A stretch of DNA of 64,000 bases from Antedon mediterranea (GCF_964355755.1 NC_092671.1:17298001-17362000), one strand, 5' to 3'; positions 38,711 through 53,571 are shown, counted from the stretch's first letter. The notes: generated by a model from the letters alone, not told the origin. Numbers and translations: made by a program.

Positions 38711-40306
38711 GTGACCCGATCTGGCAAAACCCTACTTTTGTCGGAAATATTCATTTTGTATTTTTTTATATATTTGGATTATTTGAATCATAAGCTTTGC
38801 AATGGTGTTTATTTCATAAAAATTGAGTAAATATTTAAAAAGTTATTATATTTTAAAAACTTACAAATCATTCAATTAGTTTACGAGAAAATCGCGTTTG
38901 AAGTTTGCAATGAAATTCTTTTTGATACGCGCTGAAAACTCACTCCGTAGCAACGCGCTATTTTGGTCTAAGGCACAATGACGTCATACCAGGAAGTGTG
39001 TGCGATATAGCAGCAGCGTGGACACTATGGTCACTCGAATTAACTATTTTGCACTATTGAAAAGCAGCATTATAACTACCAAGCTAATGTTAACTGGTTT
39101 CGGAAGTGTTTACGATATCAACGGCAAAAAACCAAGCAGGCCTAGGCCTAGGCGCGCCAATTCAGATTTTCGCCGTCATCGCCTGTATAAGACCTACTGA
39201 TGATGGGTGTTCATCAGGCCGTGTATGGCAGCGGTGCATCGACACGGGGGCTAGCGTTAGTCTAGACAAGTTAGGCGCCTTGCAGAGTCACAGCTAATTG
39301 CAAGCTAACATTACACTGTATTGACGATTACATTTGTTTTTTTTTATAACGTGGAAGATTCGCTGTGATGTTTGGGCTTGAATCCAATGATTTAAAAAAA
39401 CATTTAATATGAAAGGAATGGAAAATAAATTAAATAAATGATTAAGAGCCGATTGGATATATAAAATGTATAAATAAAACTATTGACAATAATATAAAGC
39501 TAGGCCCAGTAGTAGTAGGCCTACAACCATAATAAAATTAGGCCTAGGGCCTACTAGCCCAAAAAAATTTAGAAAATACAATTGAATTTATGACGTGAAT
39601 TGTTTTTGACTTGTCTATTTTACTATGGAATAAACAAATACACACTACAGCTATTGCAGAACACTTTACTTTGAATATTAAAATCGTTTATATTCCAATT
39701 TACGACATGCTGTGTGTACAATAAAAATAACCTCACAAAAATGTAAACAACTTTTTATTTCCGCGCGTAGAGCGTATAACATCTAGCGCGTTGACCAATA
39801 ACGTTTGTTATTGCGATGATGCGCATAGCAACACACGCAGTTCGCTGTTCCAGAAACTTCGAAGAACCGAATTTTCTGAAATGATGTCATAGTAAATCAA
39901 AGTTTTCATTGGTTCCTTCTTTAAACTCCGCCCTAAAACTTCCATATTTGGAATGTCAAATGGATGAGCTTTATTTTGATGTGTGACCTTTCAACATTGT
40001 GCAGCGAACTGGCGATCAAAATGTCGTAAAACTCGGCAACTTTCAACTGAATTTACGCAAAATTTTAGCGTAGATCGTGAATAAATTGTTAGGCTTGAGG
40101 AAAATACATGTTTTTAAAACTCTCTTTTTTCATAATTTTAGTTAAATTTCGGGAGTTTAAATCAGGTAGACGTATTCTTAGATAGTGAAATATTTCAAAA
40201 ATGCAAAAACATGTAATCTGCCAGGGTAGTCGATTTGGACGTATTTTGACTGATTACGTGAATTTTGAATTGCCGACAAAGAGAGGGTTTTGCCAGATCG
40301 GGTCAC
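38711..40306. mobile_element. Non-autonomous TIR transposon with 4-bp TSD (Sola-like), 1596 bp
   Basis: TIR gtgacccgatctggcaaaaccct / agggttttgccagatcgggtcac, flanked by AAAT on both sides. Confidence 0.85.
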
Positions 40307-40576
40307 AAATAAGTAACTAAAGTAGACTTTAAAGTTGGTTTTATTTTCGTAAACTTTAAGTAAACATCAATATATAGAAAATCTACACCTCAAGCTTAGC
40401 TTAGAATGCAATTGGATAAACATATTAAAATTTTTATAATTTCCGGAATTGACTTATAATTTTCCCATTCCCTAGTTTGGCAGATACTTTTATGTTATTT
40501 TCATCATTCTTATAATAGGTTTAATTGTTTTGTACTTGTGATTGTACCATATCATTGGAGAGGGTTTCTTTTCTGC

Positions 40577-40650
40577 AAGTTGCGAGTTGGGAGTCGGAAA
40601 ATGCGAGTTGCAGTTCGGAAAATGCGAGTCGCGAGTCGGAAAATGCGAGT
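40577..40650. repeat. 21-bp tandem repeat (about 3.5 copies)
   Basis: gagtcggaaaatgcgagttgc-like units. Confidence 0.8.
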
Positions 40651-41410
40651 GAGTAAACCAAAGGAATATTTTTTTCTGGAACATTTTACTGTTTAGTAAA
40701 AAATGTCTAATCGGACACAAAATTCCATTTAAGTGGTTATTACTTAACAGCCGGATACAAAGGAACATTTACAACGTAGCATTTCCGCAATCAACTAGAT
40801 GCATTATCACCTAATACAGGCGTAGACACCAAAACAAAAAAGAAAAAAACAAACATCATACAGACTTCCCAGCATGATTTCATTTAAAAAGGAATTAGCT
40901 GGCTATTAGTACTATTATCAAGTGTTAAAAGCATATAGACATAAAACTACTTAAGTGCATTAGATCAGACAGTGTGACATACTGTATGCCTAAATTGATA
41001 AAGAAAAAGTGCTGTAAATCATAAATTTCTTATGGGCTTCACTCCAACATTTGTGTTTTGTTATTGGACGGTATATCTTCAAAGATGTTTGTGCCACGTC
41101 TTCAAGCAGTTATATTCAAGAGGACGGAAGCATTAGGCAACTGTATCACGCGGAAGCTTTACTAAGCCTGAAAAATGGGAATTTGTAAACTCAGACTGGG
41201 CATGAGCAATCCCCAAAGCAAGTCTGGGAGAGGAGAGACTATGAGATGTATGCAGACAATAGTGTGCAAGACCTGAACAATTAAAAAAATTATTTTTTCA
41301 TGGGACAATATATCTTTAACTTTATTAACAATGTTTACGTTTTTGCTGTTTTGCGTAGCTTTGTAGTACAGTATAGGTTAACAAATTGTATGTTGTAACC
41401 TTTCAACTCA

Positions 41411-41662
41411 AGCTGCGTTTACACGCACAACAGTTAACTACATTCAGCTTAAGCGTATCCAAATCATATCTGAATTACTTTTGACATAAGTGCTCAGGTA
41501 ACCCGTTTATCTCGCTTATACCTCTGTGTCATTAACCACGATAAACTCTGATGTACCTTTAATGATATAATTTGTTTAACCAGTGTATTTTCGTGTATGA
41601 ACGCAGAGCAAGCTTAACCGCAATACCTCTCTGATAGAAAAAAAAGTGTGTAAACATATGGC
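41411..41662. mobile_element. Degenerate Harbinger-like MITE
   Basis: agctgcgtttacacgcac / gtgtgtaaacatatggct imperfect TIRs. Confidence 0.45.
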
Positions 41663-42226
41663 TTCAGGTTCTAATAAAATCATAAGGGCACTTAAAGTTG
41701 ACCACACAGCACAAGTGACTATCTGTTTGTGCTTTGGGCGTAACAGATAGGCATACTACTGTATGAAGTAAAACTACAGTCAGCTATGTTCTCAGTGTAT
41801 GGGAAGCCGCAATCACTGACTATTTAGTCTTATAACACGATCTCTAGTTAGCCTAGTGTAGGCACAGGAAAATGGCTACATCACTATTATAGTTAATATG
41901 TAGGTCTGCTGTGCTAAAAGAAAAGCAATATTTACAGGCCTACTTTAACATTGAGGTCAATCAATAGCTATTAATATTTGCAGATATAAAGTGGTGGATG
42001 AAAATACAATTGATTGAGGAGAATTATTACATGCAACTGTCATCAGTTTACATCTAATAATAAATGGTTATGTAAATATAGGTTTTAAATTTGCTGAGTT
42101 TATTTAATTGACCCAATTTTTGACGGGGAAGCTTTGACATTCAGTTTGTTCATCAAATTATCATTTGAAATTTTGTAACTATTCTATCATACGTTTCTCA
42201 CTATTGAATAATGGCAACCTATTTTG

Positions 42227-42663
42227 GGGTCTGTTTCTGATGCATAATGCCGAATAAACTGTTTATTTCAAAATAGATTTAAAATGTAATTTTTATATTT
42301 ACTGCATTTCTGCTCCAAAATAACCATTTAAATCAGTGGGTGATCGTTGTCAAAAATCGTTAGAATTACCCAAAATGCAATTGGTCCTGGCGGTTTATTC
42401 AAACATTACTGCAGTGTAGTTGACTCAAAGTCAGCAGCTGTCAATCAAATAACCGTTATGTTGTGTTGCAGCTAAAAGTTGCCCAGCAATAACCGGTTAA
42501 ATGGCGTTCTAACACCGAATTGAATGGATATTTTTAACCATTATTTTTGCGCTGTCATTTAACCGGTTACTAAACAATTGTCCTGTTTCTGCTCCCAAGA
42601 AATTGGGGTTAAATTATTCACACCGTTTTTAACCGGTTATTTTTATGCAGAAGAAACAGGACC
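42227..42663. mobile_element. TIR element with 3-bp TSD; partial copy at about 56500-56640
   Basis: gggtctgtttctgatgcataa / ttatgcagaagaaacaggacc; TTG on both flanks; repeated aaccggtta motifs. Confidence 0.7.
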
Positions 42664-42755
42664 TTGTTCATTTTTATGATGGCGATACATAATATTACAA
42701 AACATAAATTCTAGTAATAAAACACTAGAAATTAACATTTAAATAAATGAAATAC

Positions 42756-43353
42756 CTTTGAAAATATTGTCCATATTTCTTGTAATCTTGTTCCATGCTT
42801 TATAAACAAATCATACGTAATGTTTACCGCTAATACGGTAATTCCTTGTTCTTTTGTCAGCATACTCGCCAACGTGAACAACATACTTGCAAACAGATAC
42901 ATCCATTTTTTATTTACTCCATTCCGCATCGACACATCATCAGATAAATCTCTATATTTACAGTAATTTATAAAACACAACAAAGAAGCTAAGAAAAATA
43001 AGCAAGCACCAACATCAGCACGGCCCACGACTCCAGCGACCGCTTCTGTATGGACGGGATGAACACTGAATAACAATCCCGCAAAAATTGTCGGGAACGT
43101 CCGTTTTAAAAATTGTCTTGCCGTGTATGTAAATAATAACGTTGATAAACAGTGTAGTAGTACGTTTCCGAGATGATATCCAAACGGATTGAATCCACCA
43201 AGGAAATAGTTGAGTCGAAATGTAAGAACACAAATTGGTCGGTAGGATTTGTGACTTCCGCTGTGGACCAGTGGTGTGCCCCAGAAATCATCATAAAATA
43301 TATTTAAAATTGGTGATTCGGGTAAAAGGTCTTGGTTCTTCTGTATTGCACGT
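42756..43353 (-). CDS. TMTC2: TMTC2 exon (equivalent to vertebrate exon 2; GT-C membrane domain)
   Basis: tttcag|A acceptor; RAIQKNQDLLPESPILNIFYDDFWGTPLVHSGSHKSYRP...HPVHTEAVAGVVGRADVG...KEQGITVL; donor AAG|gtatt. Confidence 0.95.
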
Positions 43354-44488
43354 CTGAAATATATAAACAAACGATTTTTATAATTACATGTTTTAAAAAG
43401 AATGTTATAATAATAATTGGTTATCCATATTAATGGATAACCTATTGTGATTGTTTTTAATAATATTATATTAATTTTTGTTTTAAATATATAATTTATG
43501 TGACTCTGGATTCAAATTGGTTGGGGTGATCTTTTTCCCATTCTCATAGATTTTCTTTTCTTCACCGTGTATAAATTAATTAATCAATAAAAACAATTTT
43601 TCAATGGATAGTTTAGAGTTCCTTTATGCATGTTTATTTATAAATATTCACCATTTATTTTGTCAATTTTATCTCAAATATACTATACTAAATAGTTACA
43701 GTCATATGGACATAACCATACAATATATTGAAAGCAAATTTGCATTTAAAACAGCTAAAATATAATTATTCACATTTATGTCAAATTAACCTTTATGGTT
43801 AAGTTATAATGGCAAAGCCTTTAGTCAAAAAAAAATACAAAAGGTTAACAATAACAACAAAGAAAGGTATTTTACAATAAAACACCATATTGTACATTCA
43901 ATATGTATTAGCATTTTTATAGCCAATCCTTGGATATATTATTGCCATTATATGAAAGCACTCAATTTATACAATAAAATATAAGTGGTAGATACCAAAT
44001 TGCTGTTTATTGTCTCTCTACAGAACAATAGATATCCCATAACTTGAATTATCCAATCATTATTAATTGTATTACATTATTATATTTTCATTTTTATTCA
44101 AATTATGGCCTTTTAACAATACCAAGTATTTGAAATGAAAAATTTGATATTTAAATGTATTATTGCATTTTCATTTATAATTGCTTGCAAATATATTTTT
44201 TGATTAAGAAAAAATAAAATAGGAAAAAAAACAGTATTGAAATAAATAAATCTACAATTATGAAACAAAAAATATGTAAATACTAATAATATCATTCTTT
44301 TATAAGAGTAAATATTTATATTTAAATTTCTGGGATCAAATACGGTACACCAATTAATTTGAACCTTCTTGTTTTTCATTATAACTATCAATATACTTAA
44401 ATTATCATTATATATCTATCATAATATTATATAAAACCAGTGATGCATTTAAAAATGCATGTACTACATTTTGACTTCATGTTTTAAC

Positions 44489-44512
44489 CATGGAGGTATT
44501 TATACCTCCATG
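44489..44512. mobile_element. 24-bp palindromic micro-element with a 7-bp direct repeat
   Basis: ttttaac|catggaggta-ttta-tacctccatg|ttttaac. Confidence 0.55.
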
Positions 44513-47500
44513 TTTTAACTGTAGTTTAGTAGTATAAATGGCAATGCAATATTTACAATCCAAGTGATACTGCATACTCAAAGCAGTATGCACCGAGCCT
44601 CTTTGTCATTACAAAAGTAGCACCTAGCGGCTATAAAATCTTTCTCACGCATTTAAAAATCTTGTTAATCACGTGTTGACCCTGTCATTTAGACCCGCTG
44701 CAAACGCTATGCATCGTTACATATAAATCATATGCCAAAATCGATATCTAATTCCTACGTGAAATACATTTTATAGTCAAATCTTACACACAGCAGTATT
44801 TTTAGACTTGTACATTTTATAAATATCCTATCATGATTGTCGAGTGATGGCTTATCTAAATTAGAATAAAAGTCATTAAAAGTTCCGTAGTATCTTTCTG
44901 TTTTTCTGCCATGAGATTATATGCACTGGCATTCATGTTGCACATATTTTTATAAAAATCTAATTAGAACATGACTTAGAGTGCTTATAGCCAGGAACTT
45001 TTATAATATGGTATATTAGGTAAGCATTTTAGACAGGTGGATACCAAAAAGGAGTGTGGTAAATAATGTGTGAGGACAATTACTATAGTTTTACATTGGG
45101 TAGATATACATCAGGTTTATCATATTAAGCTCTTACTTATAAAATATTAGTTTAAATAGTTTTTATATTATAAATAAATTTTACATATAGTAAGATATAT
45201 GTCTCCATTTGAAATGATAAATCTTATATGATACAACTGTAAAGTTAAATATGTGTGAACTGTATATATCTGTATATGTATAGCATAACACTAACGGTAA
45301 TTTGATGAAAAGGTATCCACTGATTGACCAAGTGTTAATCATATTATATGTCTCCCATCAACCAAATTAAGTGAAGGCAGTCAACATTAATGTATAGGCA
45401 GAGTATAGGCCCAAAGTGGGTGTGGTACTACATGAACAGGTATGTTATGTATCTTGTACACAAATAGGTGAATTCAGAGGTACTGGTTATGATTTTCCCG
45501 TTACTTTTGTTATTAAAATCATTATCATATTTGTTGTAGATTTTAAAATGATGTGTCTGTAAATTTTGAGCCTATTTAGCTTGTTGTAATAAACTATATA
45601 CTAGGATTTGAATATGAAATGCATTTCCCAAGTTGTATACAGTAAAATTTTGAATGTGAATATATGTATGCATCACTGTACATCTTAGAAAATAACGCCG
45701 ATAAATCCGCGCCTGGGGAGATATCATAGAAGTCTGCAATGTACCTTCATATTTTATAATGCCAAATGTTGGAAAGGGACTATATCATTAAATGCAACAC
45801 ATATCCATTGAAGTTGAACGGAAGTTGTGAATATCGGCACTCTATATTTTAGTGGGGTATTAATAATGAGCTAGTTGCACATAAATTGTATAGTTGATGC
45901 ATATTTTATACCGCAAACAAAGCCAATTTTAAGAAATCTTTGCGAATGTTGTAAATGAATGAAAGGTCTTGATTACCATCTCTTTAATGGTAAAATAAAC
46001 AGGATTTGCAACACAATTATACAGTAAACGGTACCAATTATTCAAGAATTTATTGTGTCATTTCCGTATCCGATATCTCATATTCAAAATGTATGCGAAT
46101 TCTGTATCTGAAATTAAGTCTAAATTAGGAGAGATTATAAAATAGGATAGATTTCATTGAGGACAATATAGAGTTCACACTCACGGCCAGGGACAGATGA
46201 GTATACTGCATGATGAGCCTGAGATATATCTCTGCCGATAAAACGCTGTTTGAATTTATATTGTATAATGTTATAGCATTCTCTAGTGTTTGGGGTATTT
46301 AATTTACTGATAGTAATAATAGTATACACAAATTTTATGGTAAGCATTGATGTACCCAGCGGTGTTCAATTACAATGTTTGTGTGCATTTAGATATAATT
46401 CAACAACAAAAACCTATAATAAAAACTGTATCATTATAAGAAAAAAAAAATTAGTACTATAATTCTAGAAATGGAATAGCTTCAGGTCTTGTATTTATAA
46501 CTACAAAAAATGAAAGCGTATCTTCACAGAGCTAAAATATGATAGGTGTTCCATTTTATGTGGATACCTTCAATTATATAATTACAGCAAAATAGGTCAT
46601 CCATCACAACATGGGTTTGCCCAAGGGCAACCAATAATCCATTGAGAATAACATGCTCGTACTGTACCTCTTTAGTAAGAGCATATATTTTTATTTGTAC
46701 AAACATATAATAAATGGGTCCCCATATACAAGATTGATTTATTGTAAACTGAATTTTCATTTCTAGATATAGATATAGATTTTCACTTTGCAGTTTTTTA
46801 GTTCTACCAAAAAACAACATAACATTAAACACATCTAGACAATTATAGATGATAAACATAAAACAAATTTATATCTAATTGGATTAGGAAAGTTATAATA
46901 TAACTAGAGTTGAAGCCTTTGTTTATTTATACTGTATGTTTAAACAAAAAACAATACATTTCTATACACCTATATATCCCAAACAAAGCACAAATAAAAA
47001 TAACAAAGCAAAATGAACACAAAATAGCCTTGGTACATACAGTATGATTCACGTTATGATCAAGTGTTATAATACGTAACAATATGTAATATATTCTGTC
47101 ATTAAATAACAATGCACAATTATAATACAATAGTAGAAGGAACAGAAAATGTTTATAGCTACTGTATGGAGAAGTTTTAACATATTTATCAATACATTAA
47201 AGTACTTTATAACAGGCCTAGAAGTAAATTGCAATACATACTAACAAAACATAGCAAAAAGTCTTTTTACAAAACACAATACAACGATTATATATAATGA
47301 GAGTATGAAAATGAAGTCATATAACTAAGATATATCATCATTAACAGGCTAGGAAAACCGTAAATTACAATACAACATATATTGTAAGAATATGAAACTC
47401 TTTATAAGAAAATAGGACGATTGAAGTATAATAACCAGTGGTTCAATCCGAGTATCTAATTATTTTGAGTGAACGCAGAAAACAATAACAGATATGAGCA

Positions 47501-47819
47501 TTGTGATTGCTCTTAATTTGTTTGAGAATACATACAATAGAGTGAAAATAAACCTAATAGAGTTGGCCAAGGCACACATCGTATCACTAAAAAAACAATA
47601 ATTATCTTGTTAACAAAGCAATTTCAGTGGAAAAGCTCCGTAAGAATGTTTACAGTTAATCAACCAATATTATGCTGTTGATATCTACACTGTGTATAGT
47701 TAGGTATGTTTTCCAATTTGTAAAATCAAATATACATTTTTTCTTTGTGCTAATTTCTTTTATGTTAAAGACCCGTTCCCTACAATTTGTGATGTTTAGT
47801 AAAAATAATACATATATAT

Positions 47820-48010
47820 TACTTTGAAAACATTTAATCAGGTCATTCCTTGTCTTAAATGTACGTTCTATGGTAAATTATGATAAAAAGTGAGAAACAT
47901 GCACTACCTAAGTAGCTCGCGGCGAGTGACCTCTCGTGGACGGTCTTTAGGCCTAGCCTAGCTAGGCTTAGTTTTGTAGGCCTTGCTGGTAAACATCGAT
48001 AACGTACGAA
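47820..48010. repeat. Dispersed repeat, inverted relative to 780-1000
   Basis: Reverse-complement match to the PWP1 intron sequence. Confidence 0.7.
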
Positions 48011-51000
48011 CATCATACGCTAGCTATATTACCTAGTCTGATGTTGTATAGTTGCTGTGTTAATTGTCTTTCTATTTTTGCCAGACTCCGTTGATACAAA
48101 TTGGAGAAAATCCGGTATTTTTCCATTTGTTTTGGCCTCACAATCGATCGAAAAGTGGGTGAATTACAGAAGAAAAACAAAAAACACAATCCGCGCATAA
48201 TTCATTTTGGGATTTATAGCAGGCCGCTATAATTATTAGAATCGACTTATTTTTCACATTTTTAACCGGTTAAAGACTAAAAAAGTTATCGCAATAGGAC
48301 CATATAGTATTATTTTTACATGTGATATTAAATTAGATCTAAAAAAACGTAGGGAAGGGATCTTTCTTTCATCACTCCCTCATTCCTACTCGATACCTCC
48401 CATCACATCTCCTTTTCCTACTTAATAGAAATTTTTATTTTCAAACATTTTCATTAATGATTATGTTTGTGTAATTTAAGTTTCATCCCAAAATCTAGCT
48501 CACAATCAATTAACAAAACATCTTCCATCAACCCTACACAATCACTTAGTACAGTACCGTAGTATCACCAAATATTTCACCAAACAATAAATTTCATTTT
48601 CCAAAATTTAGTTTTTTACCAACATTATGTTGAACCTTTCTTGCCTAGAACATATTAGATTTGGATAATGGTTTTTTTTTATTATTGATCCGTAAGTCCA
48701 TGATGGCTAGGTTAAAAACCTGATTGGCTGGCTGAATTTTATCTTTTTTAACCATGTCTTATCACACAATCAGAAGTAATAAGCGAGTTAACATAATGTC
48801 AAATATCATTATCTTTTTTGTTCACGCCTGTATATAATCTTTGACTACAAAGGTGCTTTTCAATATCCATTTCTATACAATCTAATATGGTTCTAAATAT
48901 TTACAACATAATTTACTTGGATCTAATAAGGCGAATTTTATTATACTTTTGCAGTTTTTATGTAAAAATACATATTTTAGAATATACTAATATTTTAGAA
49001 TACATATTTCACCTATATTTCATATTTTGTAAATAGCAAGAACTCGTACCCACGCAACTGCTTTTCAAATTTAGTTAAAAACCTTCCCAGTACAATTCCG
49101 GTCAACATCACGCGTGCAGTAGCCAAAATATTTTTTATATATTTCTCTCTATATACAATATGGTGAAGCATGTAGTTTTGGTGGTTAACATACTTGTCTT
49201 CCAATCCCAAGGTCCAGGTTTCAATCCTGACCTAATTCCAACTCTTTTAACTCACTAATGAGACTTACTGTAGTTTATAATAAGCATGATAATAATAAGC
49301 ATGATAATATTAAAGTTTTTAGTGGGTGGATAACCAAGGAAAACCTTAATATCATTTTATACTTAAAACTATAGATAATGTGAGAAAACAGGGTTTTAAA
49401 ATATTTCCATAAAAACACAAGGAAGTTTGTTAGAAATCAAATTTATGACCAGTAATGAATTACAAGTACACACTTTAAAAATGTCAGGAATACTATTACA
49501 CCAGTTATAACTTTGACACTGGCATTCATTATTTATCATAAAAATGTCACATTTTGGCTAGTATACTATCCAACACACATTCCAATCCTTATTGCCCTTC
49601 CCATAATATTGCTATAGATTTATATCATGACCAACATAAAGTTTTACCTCAAATTTAAATTATACATGGGAAACTACTGCCTTAAAGAATCACATAAAAA
49701 TGGATCGAGTAGAGATAAGATAAGATACCAACTATCTTAGAAGGATGTTCACAATGTTATCATGGTAAGAAATGATATACAGTACTTTATTTACAACATT
49801 CCACCTTAGGGCATTTTATATTACAGGTATTTTAACTTCTTTTTATGTAAACTTTTAATAAACTATTGTATTTAAAATATTTTTCCCATCTTTAAATTAT
49901 AATTTGACTCAAAAAATTCCAGAAAATAAGCATATTCCATAATTTCCAAAAATTTTCACAAAAAAAAAAGGTGTTGTGTTTCTTTTAAAAGCATAAGTTT
50001 GAACCAACATAAAACATTCATTATCGTGAGTTCAAATAACAACAGCTATTTGGAGTTTATATGTCAATATCTTTTAAAATTCATGAAGATTTTGAAATTG
50101 AGAAGACTTCTTGAGAAATTTCAAATTAGACTTCTGCTATTCACAGCACCGTATACTTTAGGCTGTAAATTTTCTTGTCACATTCAATATGAAACTGTAC
50201 TTTTCAGTTTTCATTAACTATAACTGTACACTACGGAAAGATGTCGGTCGCTGGAAAAGCCTTTGAAATAGAGAGTGGAATCTCTCATTAAAAAATATAC
50301 TCTTTTTCAACTTGATCATTAAATGCTTTTTGTAATATAAGAATAGAAAACAATATTGCTACTATATGTACATATTATAATATAACTGCAAATTATTTAT
50401 GAATAACATAATACAAAATACAGGTTATTTGCTTAGAAAGAAAAAACTGGAACACCTAATTTTAATAGGGAAAATAAATATACAAATTCCAGACTAGTCC
50501 ATTATGGTACAGGGTTGTTCTAGAACTTTTTACTTTTTTGTATCTAAACTTCTCCCTCTGGAGAGCATAGGCTATTATTGGTCTATCCAGGTAAGCTAGG
50601 CACAAAATAGAATCATTATTTATGTAGTGAGAGCCATTTATAACTACTATATGTACTCTGGATTATCCATGTTGTAGCTCTTAACATATATGGCAATATT
50701 CAAACTTATCTATGAAGCCAAGTGGACAATTCGGGAGTCAAAACTTAAATACACTACATAAACTTTAAATATGCTACATAATAGCAGTGGGAATTTAGAA
50801 ATTTTAGTTTCTAAATGCTGCATATGGGGAGTTTTTAAAACAGGAAGATAAACAACAATTAGAATTATATATAAAAAATAGATTATTTTATTTATCCTAT
50901 AAGGTTTATTATCAATAATATTTATGAATTATACCGATTTATTTTTATTACAATTGAGAGTATGAGAATATTCAGTATAAAAAATGATGAATAGATAAAA

Positions 51001-51971
51001 CCTATGAATTTATATTTGGCACAAAATGTTCATACAAAAAAAATAGATTAAAATAAATGATTATTTATGTTTTAATGGTAATTGAAATGTTTATCTAAAG
51101 TTCAACCTTTCTTCATTGGCCTAGTTAATGGGTAATGTACCAAGGCGTAGGCAATAATTTAAAAGGTTGTTTTAAGGCACAATCGATATGGCAAAAAGAC
51201 AAAAACATTGTTCTCAATCTTTACATTAATCAAAATAATTGTGACAGAACTGACAGCTTTTATTGTAAAGAACACTCGTAATGATAGTAATAAAATACAT
51301 ATACGCTGTAATCTAAAGATATTTATTTGGGGTTTTTTTGTGTAAATTTTCAACTAAAAATTGTTTGCATCTTTTAACTTTACATGTCATTACTATTTTA
51401 AATCATTTATTAAGTGCACTTGACATTGGTGTGTGTTAAGTGTTGATAGCGATAAAGTTGCAAAAAGTTGTTGAATTTTACCGATATATTTAAAAGTCTG
51501 TGACAGTACATTAATACCTTAAGTACTGTAGTACAAAAATATATGTGACATTAAAAACTACTGTCAAGAATAATTTTCTTTAACGCATCAACTAGTTAGA
51601 CTGCATGTGTTCAATACTCTTTCTGAACATTCTAAACAATGTGTTATTAATAGTATTCCTTGTATATTACCTCAAATCTAGTTCATCCTTTAACATATGG
51701 AGAAATCTTTCATACCTTTTGGCGTAATAAAGTAGGCCTACTTGTTGGAGAAACAAACCATGTTACGTTAACTTACACTATTAAGTAATACTAGAATTAA
51801 ATATTAAAATTGACTGTTTTAAAATGCAGTATCGTGTTATCGTCGTCAGTGAGAATGACATTGACACAGATCACAATTGTCAGTTTGATTGACACAGTTT
51901 TAAGTATGGGATAAAAAAGAGAATGGATAATGAAAAATGAAGTTAGATATTGCTTAAGTATTGACTGTTTA

Positions 51972-52247
51972 AGCCTTGTTCACACTGGACTTGGAAAATG
52001 GTTGATTTTAATAACCAAACTAACTTTACCCAATTTAAAAATTAAAACCAACTTCACACAGTTAGTTGACACTAGTATCGTTTTATTAAAATGTGTTTAC
52101 CTGATTCGCACTTTCAGATTGGAATTTTAGCCAGCATGGTTAGTTTTACCAAGACTGTGATAAGTTCTACTGGGCAGCAAGAAGTGTTCAGAAAAAGTAA
52201 CCATTGGAGTTAATTTAACCCTGGGGAATTGTAGACAGTGTTCAGAC
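51972..52247. mobile_element. Degenerate Harbinger-like MITE
   Basis: agccttgttcacactg / cagtgttcagact imperfect TIRs with TWA-like flanks. Confidence 0.4.
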
Positions 52248-53421
52248 TAAAAGAGTGTGCCTATGACTAAAGTATTGCAACACCAGCTAAAGAAACAAGA
52301 TTAACTTGAGCTACAGATTACCACATTAATCCGTTTGTTATCAAGCAAGATAAAGCTTAATACCAAATTACTGAAAATCTAACTGGCTTTCACATTTCAA
52401 ATTCAATAAGTACAGTAAATACAAAATGATAATGAAATATTTACCGAGTGTGGCCATATAGCAGTGTATCAACAAAATCCAAGCACTTATCAATTTCAAA
52501 CATTGAAAATTTATTAAAAAAATGTTGTGGATGACCTTTCCATTAGTACAATACAATATTCATTTATCAAAATATTACTTTTAAATCACATCATTTGAAT
52601 TGTAATTGTTTTAATTCATGTGGTAATTGATTGCTATAAGATCATTAAAAAATGATTGGCATGCAAATCCAAGGACACAAATATTTAAATTCAAATATTG
52701 AAGTGGTTTTAAGTAAAACTGTAAATTTAAAGTTTTAACACATCACAATTTTAAACACAAAACAAGGTCATGATTTCCATTTTTTAGCACAAGCTGTTTT
52801 AAAAACCACTTGTTTAATCTTATTAATTATAAGAAAAAACAGAAACAAGTAGTTGAATAAATAATAATATACTGTGGCCTCCTTGTCTTGTTGGTACAAT
52901 AGATGTAGGATTTCAAAACATTGTTTGCAAACAAATGAATGTTAAGAACTTTAATTAGTACTGACTGTGGAATAATCACTGTTTTGTGTTGTTGAATTTA
53001 AAACTATCAGAACAAAGACATTAAAGATTAGCATTGATAAGACCTTAAAGAAAGCCTGTGTGGAGTGAGAATTAGAAGTTGATTGAAGGTAAAAGATCTG
53101 ATAAATTGATGGTCATCAGTGTACCACTCATTATGGTTAATACCTATTAGGTGAATTACCCATCATCATCTATTCTATTGACAGTCAAAAGACCATGTTA
53201 ATAGGTTTTGTCCATCTATAAAAGCATTTTATCACACTTTTGTAGGCAGGGAGTAGAACATTAAGTACTAAGTACTATCCTTGGAATTAAGTAATTTGTT
53301 AAAAAGATAGGGTTTAAGGATATGTCTGACACCTAAAAAAAGAGAGGTAAACTTCTAAACCTATGAGAAGTAACTTTATAATCACTGTCAAATGTGAGCT
53401 CACTATTATTGTAAAACATAA

Positions 53422-53571
53422 AGCTCATCAAACTTTATGTGACAAAAGAATGTCATGTGCCCATATATGGGCCTGATGATGGCATATCACTACCATATTT
53501 GGGCATACCATTACCATATTTGGGCAGATCACATTTTTTTGTCAAACTAGTTTGATAGTGTAGACAGAGCT
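53422..53571. mobile_element. MITE family A
   Basis: Right TIR intact; left TIR partly deleted. Confidence 0.85.
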
